Below, piece after piece: positions 9,014-21,119 of a DNA stretch of 64,000 bases. Source of the stretch: an uncultured Solirubrobacteraceae bacterium. Lineage in GTDB: Bacteria > Actinomycetota > Thermoleophilia > Solirubrobacterales > Solirubrobacteraceae. The translations under genes and the position numbers were made by a program. How positions within the stretch are numbered: the first letter of the stretch is position 1; each line of letters begins with the position of its first letter. Where the stretch lies: contig CAZPQW010000002.1 in NCBI GenBank assembly GCA_964588985.1, positions 128,001-192,000 of the forward strand, given 5' to 3'. Below the pieces are notes generated by a model that saw nothing but the letters and a program-made list of their open reading frames with translations, had not been told where the DNA came from and did not search any database.

Positions 9014-10705
9014 GTGAGGGGGCGGCGTACCTCCATCTTCCGCGTGTCGATCTGGATGGCCCTGGTCGCGCTCGGCTGCGCCGCGATGCCGGTCTCGGCT
9101 GGGGCGAGCTTCGGGCTGATCGCGTCATGGGGCGACAGCGGCGAAGGGAAGCTCACCGGGTCGGTTGCCGGAATCGCCACCGACGCCACGGGAGACGTCT
9201 ACGTGGTGGACGGTCAGAGCAGCGACCGCATCGAGGCGTTCACCGCCACCGGAACTTTCGTCAAGGAGTGGGGCAGCGCGGGGGAAGAAGCGGGCCAGAT
9301 GAGCTTCCCCGTGAGCATCGCGATCGCCAAGGGCGGGCCCGCCGCCGGAGACGTATACGTCACCGACGCGGGCAACCGGCGCATGGACGAGTTCGGCCCG
9401 GAAGGCAAATTCATCCGCACGTGGGGATGGGGCGTCGCGGATGGAAAACTCGAATTCGAGAACTGCACGTCGAGCTGCCGCAAAGGGCAGCCGCACGGAG
9501 AAGACGGCGGCGGCTTCGAGGGTCCCTCGGGCGTGGCGGTGGACCCGAGCAGCGGAGACGTCTACGTGTCCGACCCGATGACCAACGACTTCGAGCTGCC
9601 GATCCAGAAGTTCGCGGCCGACGGTGAATACATGCACGCGGTCGGCCTGGCGGCATCGCTGCACGAACCCGGCTTCCCGGGCACGTTCGTCGAGCCCACC
9701 GCGATGACAACCGACACGGCCGGCGATCTGTACGTCGCCGACGCCGGCAACATCCGGATGGAGGAGCTGAACTCGAAAGAAGAATTCGTGCGCGTGTGGG
9801 GGCGGGGCGTGAAACACGGCGAATCGGGCCCATCCGAGCACTTCGGGGTGTGCACGAGCGAATGCCAGATCGGCGGGCCGGGCAGCGAAGCGGGGGCGTT
9901 CGAATTCGAGACCACCTCGCCCGCGAGTATCGCCGTCGACTCCTCCGGTGGGGTGTGGGTTCCAGACCCGGGCAACTTCCGCGTCCAGGGGTTCACATCC
10001 GGCGGCGAATTCACCATCGGCTTCGGCTGGGGAGTGCTCGACGGGGCCGAACGGTTCGAGACCTGCTCGACCGTCTGCGTCGCCGGTGAGAAAGGCGGGT
10101 CGCCACCGTGGTTCGAGGATCCGCTCGGGGCGGCCGCGGCTCCCTCGGGCTGCCCGATCTATGTGACCGACGCGGGCGCCAACGAGCTCGTGGACGAGTT
10201 CGGGAGCTGCGGCGGCGGCGGCGGTGGCGGTGGTGGTGGCGGCGGCGAAGAAAAACAACCGACGAAAGAAACCCCCTCCACGGGAGGCGGACAGCAGCAA
10301 CCGTCAGGCAACACGTCCACCGGCGGATCCCAGTCGGGCGGCGCCGCCGGCAGCACGGGCTCGACTCCCACGCTCACCGCCGCCCAGCGCGAAGACCTGG
10401 CCGCCACCGCCCTCGGCCTGCCCTCGGCGAAGGCGTGCTTCAGCCACCGCTCCTTCGCGATCCACATCCGCCAGCCGCACGACTATCCGCGGATCGTCTC
10501 CGCGGAGGTTCTGCTGGGCAAGCGCAAGGAGCGCACGCTCACCGCGAAGCACATCGGCTCGCAGGTCGTGCTCACGGGCCTGCCGGCGGGGACTTTCACG
10601 ATCAAGATCGTCGCGCGCACCGTCACGGGCAGCACGATCGTCGGCACACGGACCTACCACACGTGCCGCGGCAAACGGCTCAAAGGCCACCACCACAGGC
10701 TGTAG
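9014..10705 (+). CDS. Secreted NHL-repeat beta-propeller protein with Gly-rich linker and C-terminal Ig-like domain
   Basis: Signal peptide, repeated GD(V/L)YV.D.GN.R..F units and a poly-Gly stretch at about 10211-10246. Confidence 0.85.
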   Translation: MRGRRTSIFRVSIWMALVALGCAAMPVSAGASFGLIASWGDSGEGKLTGSVAGIATDATGDVYVVDGQSSDRIEAFTATGTFVKEWGSAGEEAGQMSFPVSIAIAKGGPAAGDVYVTDAGNRRMDEFGPEGKFIRTWGWGVADGKLEFENCTSSCRKGQPHGEDGGGFEGPSGVAVDPSSGDVYVSDPMTNDFELPIQKFAADGEYMHAVGLAASLHEPGFPGTFVEPTAMTTDTAGDLYVADAGNIRMEELNSKEEFVRVWGRGVKHGESGPSEHFGVCTSECQIGGPGSEAGAFEFETTSPASIAVDSSGGVWVPDPGNFRVQGFTSGGEFTIGFGWGVLDGAERFETCSTVCVAGEKGGSPPWFEDPLGAAAAPSGCPIYVTDAGANELVDEFGSCGGGGGGGGGGGGEEKQPTKETPSTGGGQQQPSGNTSTGGSQSGGAAGSTGSTPTLTAAQREDLAATALGLPSAKACFSHRSFAIHIRQPHDYPRIVSAEVLLGKRKERTLTAKHIGSQVVLTGLPAGTFTIKIVARTVTGSTIVGTRTYHTCRGKRLKGHHHRL

Positions 10706-10750
10706 GGGTCGACTCCGACGGGCGAGCTAATGTAGGGCCAGCCCTCACGC

Positions 10751-12817
10751 ATGCCCGATTTCAAGCTCGACTCGATCTTCACCCCCACCGCCGACCAGCC
10801 GAAGGCGATCGAGTCGCTGGCCGAAGGGATTCTTGCGGGCGAGCGCTCGCAGACGCTGCTCGGCGCGACCGGGACGGGCAAGACGATGACGATGGCTGGG
10901 GTGATCGAGGCGGTGCAGCGCCCGGCGCTGGTGATCGCGCACAACAAGACGCTCGCTGCGCAGCTGTGCAACGAGTTCCGGACATTCTTCCCGGACAACG
11001 CGGTCGAGTACTTCGTGTCCTACTACGACTACTACCAGCCTGAGGCGTACGTCCCGAGCAGGGACCTGTACATCGAGAAGGACTCCGCGATCAACCAGGA
11101 GGTCGACCGGCTGCGCCACGCCGCCACCGCGGCGGTGTTCGCGCGCAGGGACGTGATCGTGGTGGCTTCGGTGTCGTGCATCTACGGCCTCGGCTCGCCC
11201 GAGACGTACGAGATGAACATGCAGATCCTCAAGCGCGGAGAGACGATCGACCGCGACGCGCTGCTTCGCAAACTGGTCTCGATCCAGTACACGCGCAACG
11301 ACAGCGTGCTCTCGCGCGGCAGCTTCCGCGTGCGCGGCGAGACGCTCGAGGTGTTCCCCGCCTACGCCGAGACGGCGTTCCGCGCGACGATGTTCGGCGA
11401 CGAAGTCGAGCGGCTGCAGCACTTCGACCCGCTCACCGGCGAGATGCTGGCCGACGACCTGGAGCACGTGGCGATCTGGCCCGCGACGCACTACAACGTC
11501 AAGGAGGGCACGATCGAAGACGGCGTCGCGGAGATCGGCCGCGAGCTGAACGAGCGCTGCGAGCAGCTCGAGTCCGAAGGCAAGCAGCTCGAGTCCCACC
11601 GCCTGCGCCAGCGCACGCAGTACGACATGGAGATGCTGCGCGAGGTGGGGTTCTGCTCGGGGATCGAGAACTACTCGCGGATCCTCGACGGGCGCCCGCC
11701 CGGTAGCCGCCCGTATTGCCTGATCGACTACTTCCCGAAGGACTTCATCTGCTTCTGCGACGAGTCCCACCAGACCGTGCCGCAGATCGGCGGCATGTTC
11801 GAGGGCGACCGCTCGCGCAAGCAGACGCTCGTGGACTACGGCTTCCGCCTGCCGAGCGCGATGGACAACCGCCCGCAGACCTTCCAGGAGTTCCTGTCGA
11901 TCACGCCGCAGCTGCTGTTCGTGTCGGCCACGCCCGGCGAATACGAGCGCACGCAGTCGACGCGCGTGGTCGAGCAGATCGTGCGCCCCACGGGGATCGT
12001 GGACCCGATGGTGGAGGTGCGCGAGACGAAGAACCAGATCGACGACCTGATGAACGAGGTGCGCGTGCGCGTCGATCGCAACGAGCGCGTGCTCGTGACG
12101 ACGCTGACGAAGAAGATGAGCGAGGACCTCTCCCAGTACCTGCTGGAGATGGGCTTCAAGACGCGCTACCTGCACTCGGAGATCGACACGCTCGAGCGCA
12201 TCCAGATCATCCGCGACCTGCGCCTCGGCGAGTACGACGTGCTCGTCGGCGTGAACCTCCTGCGCGAGGGCCTCGACCTGCCGGAGGTCTCGCTCGTGGC
12301 GATCCTCGACGCGGACAAGGAGGGCTTCCTGCGCGGGGAGACATCGCTGATCCAGACGATCGGCCGCGCGGCGCGGAACGTCGACGGGACGGTGCTGATG
12401 TACGCGGACAAGGAGACCCGTGCGATGAAGGCCGCGATCTCCGAGACCTCGCGCCGACGCGAGATCCAGCTCGCTTACAACATCGAGCATGGGATCACCG
12501 CGGCGACGATCGTGAAGGGGATCTCCGACATCGCGGAGTTCCTGCAGGGCGAGTCGAAGGTCCCGCGGGGGCGCAAAAAACGCCGCACCGCCAAGCGCGG
12601 CAAGGTGGACGAGATGCCGCAGACGGAGCTCGAGCGGATGGTGGTGGAGCTCGAGGAGGAGATGATCGCGGCGGCCGACGAGCTGCGCTTCGAGTACGCC
12701 GCGCAGCTGCGCGACGAGCTGCGCGAGCTGCGGCGCGACCTCCAGGAGATGCAGTCGGCGCAGGCTCCGGCGGGCGAGATCTTGCCTGAGGAGACTGCCA
12801 GCCGCGACATGGCTTAG
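10751..12817 (+). CDS. uvrB: Excinuclease ABC subunit B
   Basis: GATGTGKT, YYDYYQPEAY beta-hairpin, DESH and C-terminal UVR domain. Confidence 0.98.
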   Translation: MPDFKLDSIFTPTADQPKAIESLAEGILAGERSQTLLGATGTGKTMTMAGVIEAVQRPALVIAHNKTLAAQLCNEFRTFFPDNAVEYFVSYYDYYQPEAYVPSRDLYIEKDSAINQEVDRLRHAATAAVFARRDVIVVASVSCIYGLGSPETYEMNMQILKRGETIDRDALLRKLVSIQYTRNDSVLSRGSFRVRGETLEVFPAYAETAFRATMFGDEVERLQHFDPLTGEMLADDLEHVAIWPATHYNVKEGTIEDGVAEIGRELNERCEQLESEGKQLESHRLRQRTQYDMEMLREVGFCSGIENYSRILDGRPPGSRPYCLIDYFPKDFICFCDESHQTVPQIGGMFEGDRSRKQTLVDYGFRLPSAMDNRPQTFQEFLSITPQLLFVSATPGEYERTQSTRVVEQIVRPTGIVDPMVEVRETKNQIDDLMNEVRVRVDRNERVLVTTLTKKMSEDLSQYLLEMGFKTRYLHSEIDTLERIQIIRDLRLGEYDVLVGVNLLREGLDLPEVSLVAILDADKEGFLRGETSLIQTIGRAARNVDGTVLMYADKETRAMKAAISETSRRREIQLAYNIEHGITAATIVKGISDIAEFLQGESKVPRGRKKRRTAKRGKVDEMPQTELERMVVELEEEMIAAADELRFEYAAQLRDELRELRRDLQEMQSAQAPAGEILPEETASRDMA

Positions 12818-12818
12818 G

Positions 12819-13622
12819 ATGCGCGACGTGGACCTTGATCGGCAGGCAATCGAGCGCAGAGACTTCCCGATCGGCCGCCGTGGATACGATCCAGCAGCGG
12901 TCGACGCGCACCTGAGAGGGCTGGCGGCGGAGTTCGAAGAGCTGCAGCGCGCCCTCGCCAGCGGCGGCAGCGGGGACGTGTCGCTCGCGTCGAGCGCGGG
13001 CAGTCAGGTTCAGAGCATCCTCGAGGCTGCGGAGAGCACCGCGGCGGACATCGAGCGCCAGGCGCTCGAGAACGCCAGGCAGGCGCGCGAGGCGGCTGAC
13101 CGCGACGCCGAACAGACCCGCGCGGAGGCCGTGGAGAAGGCGCGCGTGCACGTCGCCGGAGTGGCGAACGTCGCCGCCACGCTGCTCGAGCGCGTCGGGT
13201 CGATGGACGGCGAGGTGAACGCGCTCATCGAGAGCCTGCGCTCCGGAGCCGGCAGGCTTGCCGCGGACCTCTCCGCGGTTGAGAACGGCATGGGCGAGCT
13301 CTACGACGCCGCGTCCGGCAGGAACCTCGTCGCCGAAGCTCCACTGCCCCAGCCCCAGGCGCAGCGGATGTTCGAGGCCGAGCTGAACGACGCGCTCGTT
13401 GCTGAGCGGGCCCCCGTGCAGCTCACCGTGCCCGTCGAGCCGCCGGTCGAACCTGTCGCCGCGGGCAATGCCGGCGACCTCGACGGCGCCCGCCTGATCG
13501 CGCTCAACATGGCGCTCAACGGCGAGTCGCGCTCCGACACCGAGCGCTACCTCGCGGAGAACTTCCAGCTGCCCGATCGGCTGAAGCTGATCGATGAGGT
13601 TTACGCGGCTATCGAAGGCTAG
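12819..13622 (+). CDS. DivIVA domain-containing coiled-coil protein
   Basis: IERRDFPIGRRGYDPAAVDAHL DivIVA motif followed by coiled coil. Confidence 0.8.
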   Translation: MRDVDLDRQAIERRDFPIGRRGYDPAAVDAHLRGLAAEFEELQRALASGGSGDVSLASSAGSQVQSILEAAESTAADIERQALENARQAREAADRDAEQTRAEAVEKARVHVAGVANVAATLLERVGSMDGEVNALIESLRSGAGRLAADLSAVENGMGELYDAASGRNLVAEAPLPQPQAQRMFEAELNDALVAERAPVQLTVPVEPPVEPVAAGNAGDLDGARLIALNMALNGESRSDTERYLAENFQLPDRLKLIDEVYAAIEG

Positions 13623-13720
13623 GACGCCGCTGAGCGGCGCGAGGCTGTGTCCTCGGTCGCTCGCGTGCGAAGCACGCCACGCTCCCTGCGTCCTTGCCTC
13701 GCTTGCTCAGCGACGCCCTA
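13620..13720. repeat. About 100-bp palindromic miniature element (MITE/REP-like)
   Basis: TAGGACGCCGCTGAGCGGCGCGAGG is imperfectly inverted to CCTCGCTTGCTCAGCGACGCCCTA; ends lie in CTAG and CTAA. Confidence 0.5.
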
Positions 13721-13789
13721 ACGGGCCAGGGCGGCGGAGCGGCTAAAGCATCTCAACCCGTCCGTATGGTCGCCTGCCAGAATGAGGCT

Positions 13790-14110
13790 ATGGCGACTCA
13801 GGCCACGGAAAACCCCTTCACCGACTCGCCGCTCCCGCTCTATCGGCTGGACGTCGACACGTACCACCGCCTGGCCGATGCGGGCGCGCTGGAAGGTCTC
13901 GATGTCGATCGCGAGACGAAGGCGAATATGTATGCGTGGACACCGGTGCCCACCTACTGGCTCGTGGACGTGCCCGCCAAAACCATCGAGGTGCGCACGG
14001 AGCCCGGTCCGGATGGCTACGGCCGCTGCGAGATCTACGGCGTCGGCATGAAGGTACCGTCGCCTGCCGAGGGCGTGGACGATCTCGACGTGGCCGAGCT
14101 GTTCGCCTGA
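13790..14110 (+). pseudogene. Uma2-family endonuclease with in-frame internal deletion
   Basis: N-terminal YRLDVDTYHRLADAGAL joins directly to C-terminal DRETK..MYA...PTYWLVDV; the central PD...EV core is absent. Confidence 0.7.
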
Positions 14111-14167
14111 TCCTGCGCAGGGGCTCCAAATCTGCGCAAATTGCGCGCGTCGCGGACAGGCTCTAAC

Positions 14168-14181
14168 CGAACGTCTGTTCG
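14168..14181 (+). promoter_or_regulatory. LexA (SOS/Cheo) box upstream of uvrA
   Basis: CGAAC-GTCT-GTTCG matches the Gram-positive consensus; -10 TATCAT at 14188 and GGAGG RBS follow. Confidence 0.9.
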
Positions 14182-14202
14182 CCTGCGTATCATGGAGGAC
14201 AG

Positions 14203-17193
<2,991 letters not shown>

Positions 17194-17198
17194 CGCGC

Positions 17199-17786
17199 AT
17201 GCACGAGCTGGCGCGCCAGGCGCGGCTGTGGTCGCAGAAGTGGCGCTGGTACGAGCGAAACGCTCTGCCGTGGAACCGCGCGCGGATCCACTGGGAGCTG
17301 ATGCGTCGCGAGGCGTTCGCGCGCTGGCCGATCCACGGCAACGTGCTCGAGGCGATGCGCGAGGGACGGCTGGAGATCGGGACGAACGCGCTGCTCGAGC
17401 CGGACGTGTGGATCACCGCTCCCGGCGCGGCGCACGTGCGGATCGGCGAGGGGACGTTCCTGAACAAAGGCGTGATGGTCGCGGCGCACGAGCTGGTGGA
17501 GATCGGCGCGCACTGCATGCTCGCGAACGGCTGCTTCGTGTCAGACGCGGGCCACCGCTACGACGACCCCGACAAGCCGATCACGTGGCAGGGGTTCGAG
17601 AGCAAGGGGCCGACGCGGATCGGCGATAACTGCTGGCTCGGGGCGAACGTGGTCGTGACGAGCGGCGTGAGCATCGGCGAGCGCTGCGTGATCGGCGCGA
17701 ACAGCGTCGTGACGCGCGACATCGAGCCGTTCTCGATCGCCGCGGGGGCGCCCGCGAAGGTGCTCAGGCGGATCGAATACAGCTAG
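17199..17786 (+). CDS. Hexapeptide-repeat acyltransferase
   Basis: IGEGTF, IGAHC, IGDNCWLGANVVV and IGANSVV...AGAPAK. Confidence 0.88.
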   Translation: MHELARQARLWSQKWRWYERNALPWNRARIHWELMRREAFARWPIHGNVLEAMREGRLEIGTNALLEPDVWITAPGAAHVRIGEGTFLNKGVMVAAHELVEIGAHCMLANGCFVSDAGHRYDDPDKPITWQGFESKGPTRIGDNCWLGANVVVTSGVSIGERCVIGANSVVTRDIEPFSIAAGAPAKVLRRIEYS

Positions 17787-18685
17787 CCGCGGTCTGCGGC
17801 CAGCTGCGCTTTCAGCTCGGCCAACTCGGCTGCATCTATCGAGTACGTGTGCTCCGGCGCGGGGTAGCGGCGGCTGCGCACGTCGGCGGCGTAGGCGCTG
17901 ACCCCGTCGTTCATCTCCTGCTGGAGGTTGGCGTAGCGCTTGACGAAGCGCGCGCCTAGCCCGTCGCGGATGCCGAGCAGGTCGTGGAAGACGAGCACCT
18001 GTCCGTCGGTCGAGGGACCGGCGCCGATGCCGATCACGGGGATCTCGATGAGCGCCATGAGCTCCTCGGTGACGGCGCTGGGGATCGCCTCGAAGACGAG
18101 CGCGAAGCAGCCGGCCTCCTGCAGGGCGAGCGCCTCGGCGGCGATGCGCGTCGCCGCGGACGCCGTGCGGCCCTGCGCCTTCCAGCCGCCGAGCGCGGTG
18201 GAGGTCTGCGGGGTGAGCCCGACGTGGCCCATCACGGGGATGCCCGCGCCGACGATCGCGCGCGCACGGCGCACGGAGGACTCGCCTCCGCCCTCGAGCT
18301 TGACGGCCTCGCAGCCGGCCTCCTTGACCATCCGCATCGCGGTGGTGATCGCCTGCTCGTCGGAGACCTCGTAGGAGCCGAACGGCAGGTCGCCGATCAT
18401 GAGCGGCGTGCGTAGGCCGCGGCGGACGGCGCGCGCGAGCACGAGCATGTCGTCGAGCTCGACGGGAGTGGTGGCGTTGTAGCCGAGCACCGTGGTCGCG
18501 GCGGAGTCGCCCACGAGCACCAGGTCCACGCCGGCGGCCTCGGCGGCGCGGGCGCTGGGGTAGTCATACGCGGTGACCATCACGATCGGTTCGGCGAGCC
18601 GTTTCTTTTCCATCAGCAGCGGCAGCGTCATCGGGAGCCGGCCGGGGTCGGTCGGCGTGTGGACTGTGTGGGGCTGGCTGGACAT
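17783..18685 (-). CDS. panB: 3-methyl-2-oxobutanoate hydroxymethyltransferase
   Basis: MVTAYDY, LVGDS, KLEGG and GHVGLTPQ. Confidence 0.97.
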   Translation of the reverse strand: MSSQPHTVHTPTDPGRLPMTLPLLMEKKRLAEPIVMVTAYDYPSARAAEAAGVDLVLVGDSAATTVLGYNATTPVELDDMLVLARAVRRGLRTPLMIGDLPFGSYEVSDEQAITTAMRMVKEAGCEAVKLEGGGESSVRRARAIVGAGIPVMGHVGLTPQTSTALGGWKAQGRTASAATRIAAEALALQEAGCFALVFEAIPSAVTEELMALIEIPVIGIGAGPSTDGQVLVFHDLLGIRDGLGARFVKRYANLQQEMNDGVSAYAADVRSRRYPAPEHTYSIDAAELAELKAQLAADRG

Positions 18686-18720
18686 GGGGTGATTCCTCTC
18701 TAACGCTGGTTGACGCTCGC

Positions 18721-19104
18721 TCAGGAGAGCAGGGTCGCCACCGCGTCGTCGACTGTGATGATGCGATTGGTTTGCGCCTCCACGTGCACCACGCGGGGCT
18801 CGTAGTTCTCAAGGTCCGCCTCGTCGTAGGTGCCGTAGGAGATGACGATGATCGTGTCGCCGCGGTGCACGAGACGTGCGGCGGCGCCGTTGACGCACAT
18901 CGCGCCCGAGCCGCGCTGCCCGGCGATGGTGTAGGTCTCGAAGCGCGCGCCGTTGTCGACGTCGACGACGTGGACCTGCTCGTGCTCGAGGATGTTGGCC
19001 GCCTCCAACAGATCGGGGTCGATGGTGATCGAGCCGACGTAGTGGAGGTCGCAGTCTGTGACCGTCGCCCGGTGGATCTTCGACTTGAGCATCACGCGCT
19101 GCAT
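18721..19104 (-). CDS. panD: Aspartate 1-decarboxylase
   Basis: [18 protein letters not shown] cleavage site and NGAAARL. Confidence 0.97.
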   Translation of the reverse strand: MQRVMLKSKIHRATVTDCDLHYVGSITIDPDLLEAANILEHEQVHVVDVDNGARFETYTIAGQRGSGAMCVNGAAARLVHRGDTIIVISYGTYDEADLENYEPRVVHVEAQTNRIITVDDAVATLLS

Positions 19105-20000
19105 GTGGCGATCGCCTCTCCTTGGGATTGAGTTTGATTTATTGAGCTCGGCCGCAAGGGTGTGTTGTCTATGAGCCGGACGGCGCCGACCCGGGCGGCG
19201 AGCACGAGCAGAGCGTCGGCCGCGATGGTGTGCTCGACGGGCTCGAACGTGTCGGGGTGAACGAGCGCGACGTACTCGACGTGGACGTCGAACGGTCGCA
19301 TCGCCTCGTGGGCGGCGTCGATGAGGGCGGTGGGGGAGCGCTCACCGGTGGCCAGAAGCTGGTGGGCGGCGTCGAGGGCGGCGGGCAGCGCGAGTGCTTG
19401 CCGGCGCTCGTCGGGGCTGAGCAGCGCGTTGCGGCTGGACATCGCGAGCCCGTCCGCCTCGCGCACGGTGGGGACGGCCTGGATCTCGATCGGGAGGTTG
19501 AGGTCGGCTGCGAGGCGGCGGATGACGACGAGTTGCTGGGCGTCCTTCTGGCCGAAGAAGGCGACGTGGGGGAGCGTCATGCAGAGCAGCTTGGTGACGA
19601 CGGTGGCGACGCCGCGGAAGTGGGCCGCGCCGCGCGAGGCGCCCTCGAGGCGCTCGGTGACGCCGAGGACTTCGACGGCGGTGGCGAACCCCTGGGGGTA
19701 GACCTCCTCGACGGACGGCGCAAACAGGACATCCGCTCCGGCGTCCGCGGCGAGCTGCGTGTCGTCGGTCTCGCGGCGTGGGTAGCGCTCCAGGTCGGAG
19801 CTCTCGTTGAACTGGGAGGGGTTGACGAACAGCGACACGACGACCACGTCGCACTGCTCGCGGGCTTGGCGGATGAGCGTGAGGTGCCCCTCGTGCAGCG
19901 CGCCCATGGTGGGCACGAGGCCGATCCGCAGCCCCTCGCGGCGTGCCGGCGCGAGCGTCGCGCGCAGCTCGTCGACAGTGCGCAGAGTCCTCATGCGCAT
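19092..20000 (-). CDS. panC: Pantoate--beta-alanine ligase
   Basis: [26 protein letters not shown] and RLIDN. Confidence 0.97.
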   Translation of the reverse strand: MRMRTLRTVDELRATLAPARREGLRIGLVPTMGALHEGHLTLIRQAREQCDVVVVSLFVNPSQFNESSDLERYPRRETDDTQLAADAGADVLFAPSVEEVYPQGFATAVEVLGVTERLEGASRGAAHFRGVATVVTKLLCMTLPHVAFFGQKDAQQLVVIRRLAADLNLPIEIQAVPTVREADGLAMSSRNALLSPDERRQALALPAALDAAHQLLATGERSPTALIDAAHEAMRPFDVHVEYVALVHPDTFEPVEHTIAADALLVLAARVGAVRLIDNTPLRPSSINQTQSQGEAIATCSA

Positions 20001-20031
20001 GGCGAGGTGGGGTGGTGGGGGATCATCGGTT

Positions 20032-20123
20032 TCGGTCCAGTTCCCTGCGGATACCGGCGCGACTTCAGATTTGAGACGGGTCCTGCGTCAGGTCCACCCC
20101 GAGCGGACTCGGTGACGGCCCAA
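20032..20123 (-). ncRNA. Structured panCDB leader, pan RNA motif-like
   Basis: On the minus strand, CCGGU-A-UCC(GCAG)GGA-ACUGG-A-C forms a stem with two bulged A residues. Upstream are a hairpin CCGAG(UCCG)CUCGG and a -10 TATGCT at 20136-20131. Confidence 0.55.
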
Positions 20124-20192
20124 CCTCATGAGCATACAGACGATTTTGGCGTCTGGGAAGGGGAGCGCGGGGGTGTGTCGGATCTCACATAG

Positions 20193-20339
20193 GGCCTCCG
20201 ATCCATAGCGGGCTCACTGCCGCCACGTGCGCTCGCTTTGGTCGCCGAGTGGGCGGCACTTCGGCGAGACGCGCTGGCGGTGAACTGGGAGCGCGCCCGA
20301 CGTGAAGAGCCGCTCGATCCGATCACCTCGCTGCCCTAA
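20193..20339 (+). pseudogene. C-terminal remnant of a DUF4160-family toxin
   Basis: Translates as GLRSIAGSLPPRALALVAEWAALRRDALAVNWERARREEPLDPITSLP*. An in-frame TAG lies immediately upstream, and the N-terminal H.PPH.H motif is absent. Confidence 0.75.
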
Positions 20340-20349
20340 CATGATTTCG

Positions 20350-20625
20350 ATGGGGCAGCTACACGACATTGCGGGTGTAGAGGTCAGCAGCGAGTACGGG
20401 CTGCGTCTGACCTTTGACGACGGCACGGTCGGCGAGGTGGACTTCGCGGGGCGCGAGTGGCGGGGAGTGTTCGAGCCGCTGGTAGATCCCAGCTATTTCG
20501 CTCGCGTGATGGTCGATCCCGAGGCGGGGACCATCACGTGGCCAAACGGCGCTGATATGGCTCCCGAGCCGCTCTACGCCGAGGCTTGTCGGAACCTGTC
20601 TCCGGCGACTGGCGCACGGCAATAG
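20350..20625 (+). CDS. DUF2442-family protein (antitoxin partner of DUF4160)
   Basis: LRLTFDDG..GEVD...GVFEPL.DP.YF..V......TITWPNGADMAPE.LY. Confidence 0.88.
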   Translation: MGQLHDIAGVEVSSEYGLRLTFDDGTVGEVDFAGREWRGVFEPLVDPSYFARVMVDPEAGTITWPNGADMAPEPLYAEACRNLSPATGARQ

Positions 20626-20644
20626 AGGCCGCTTTTCCGCGCCG

Positions 20645-20905
20645 ATGACCAAGCTCCTGACGACCGTCGCAACCGCTGGAGAGGCGGAGATCGTGAGCGC
20701 GCTGTTGCAGGACGCTGGCATCCACTCAATAGCCCAACGGACGATCGGCGGCCCGCTTGAGGACGCACGGGCCGGTCGCGACATCTACGTCGACGAGCAC
20801 GATCTCGAGCGGGCACGTGGGCTCCTGCAGGCCCAAGAGAACCCCGTCAGCGACGAGGAACTGACGCGCTTGAGCGAACAGGCCTACCGCGAAGCAACCG
20901 AGTAG
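20645..20905 (+). CDS. DUF2007-like putative signal-transducing protein
   Basis: EAEIVSALLQDAGI...IYVDEHDLERAR pattern. Confidence 0.75.
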   Translation: MTKLLTTVATAGEAEIVSALLQDAGIHSIAQRTIGGPLEDARAGRDIYVDEHDLERARGLLQAQENPVSDEELTRLSEQAYREATE

Positions 20906-20916
20906 AGCGGCGCTTA

Positions 20917-20984
20917 CCGCTCACCGAGCGTCCACGTTGGGCCGCTTCTTCCCCTTCCGCCGTCACCACCAGTCGGCGTTCTCG
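20917..20984 (-). repeat. Decayed duplicate of the 3' end of the carboxyltransferase gene (partner copy 22307-22374)
   Basis: 60/68 ungapped identity by manual alignment. Confidence 0.9.
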
Positions 20985-21070
20985 CTGAGGCCGTTGACCG
21001 AGTTTGCTGGGAAGCCGCTTTGAAAGGTACTTTTCGCCTCTTCGAGGGAAAAGAAAGAATACGCGCTTTT

Positions 21071-21097
21071 CTTTCCAAACTCGGTAAGGTTGGAAAG
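21071..21097. promoter_or_regulatory. Inverted repeat (candidate operator) upstream of fic
   Basis: CTTTCCAA-N11-TTGGAAAG overlapping a TAAGGT -10-like hexamer in an AT-rich patch. Confidence 0.5.
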
Positions 21098-21119
21098 CGT
21101 TCTTTCTAAGCGCCCGCCC

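Noticed and set aside
10211-10246. GGC/GGT trinucleotide run
   Set aside because: In-frame poly-Gly linker; length changes would not shift the frame, so it is not a phase-variation tract.
10706-10750. Expected SOS box upstream of uvrB
   Set aside because: No GAAC-N4-GTTC match is visible.
20623-20648. Second sigma-28-like site (TAGA...GCCGATGA)
   Set aside because: The spacer is only 14 nt, the -35 is mismatched and the -10 overlaps the start codon.
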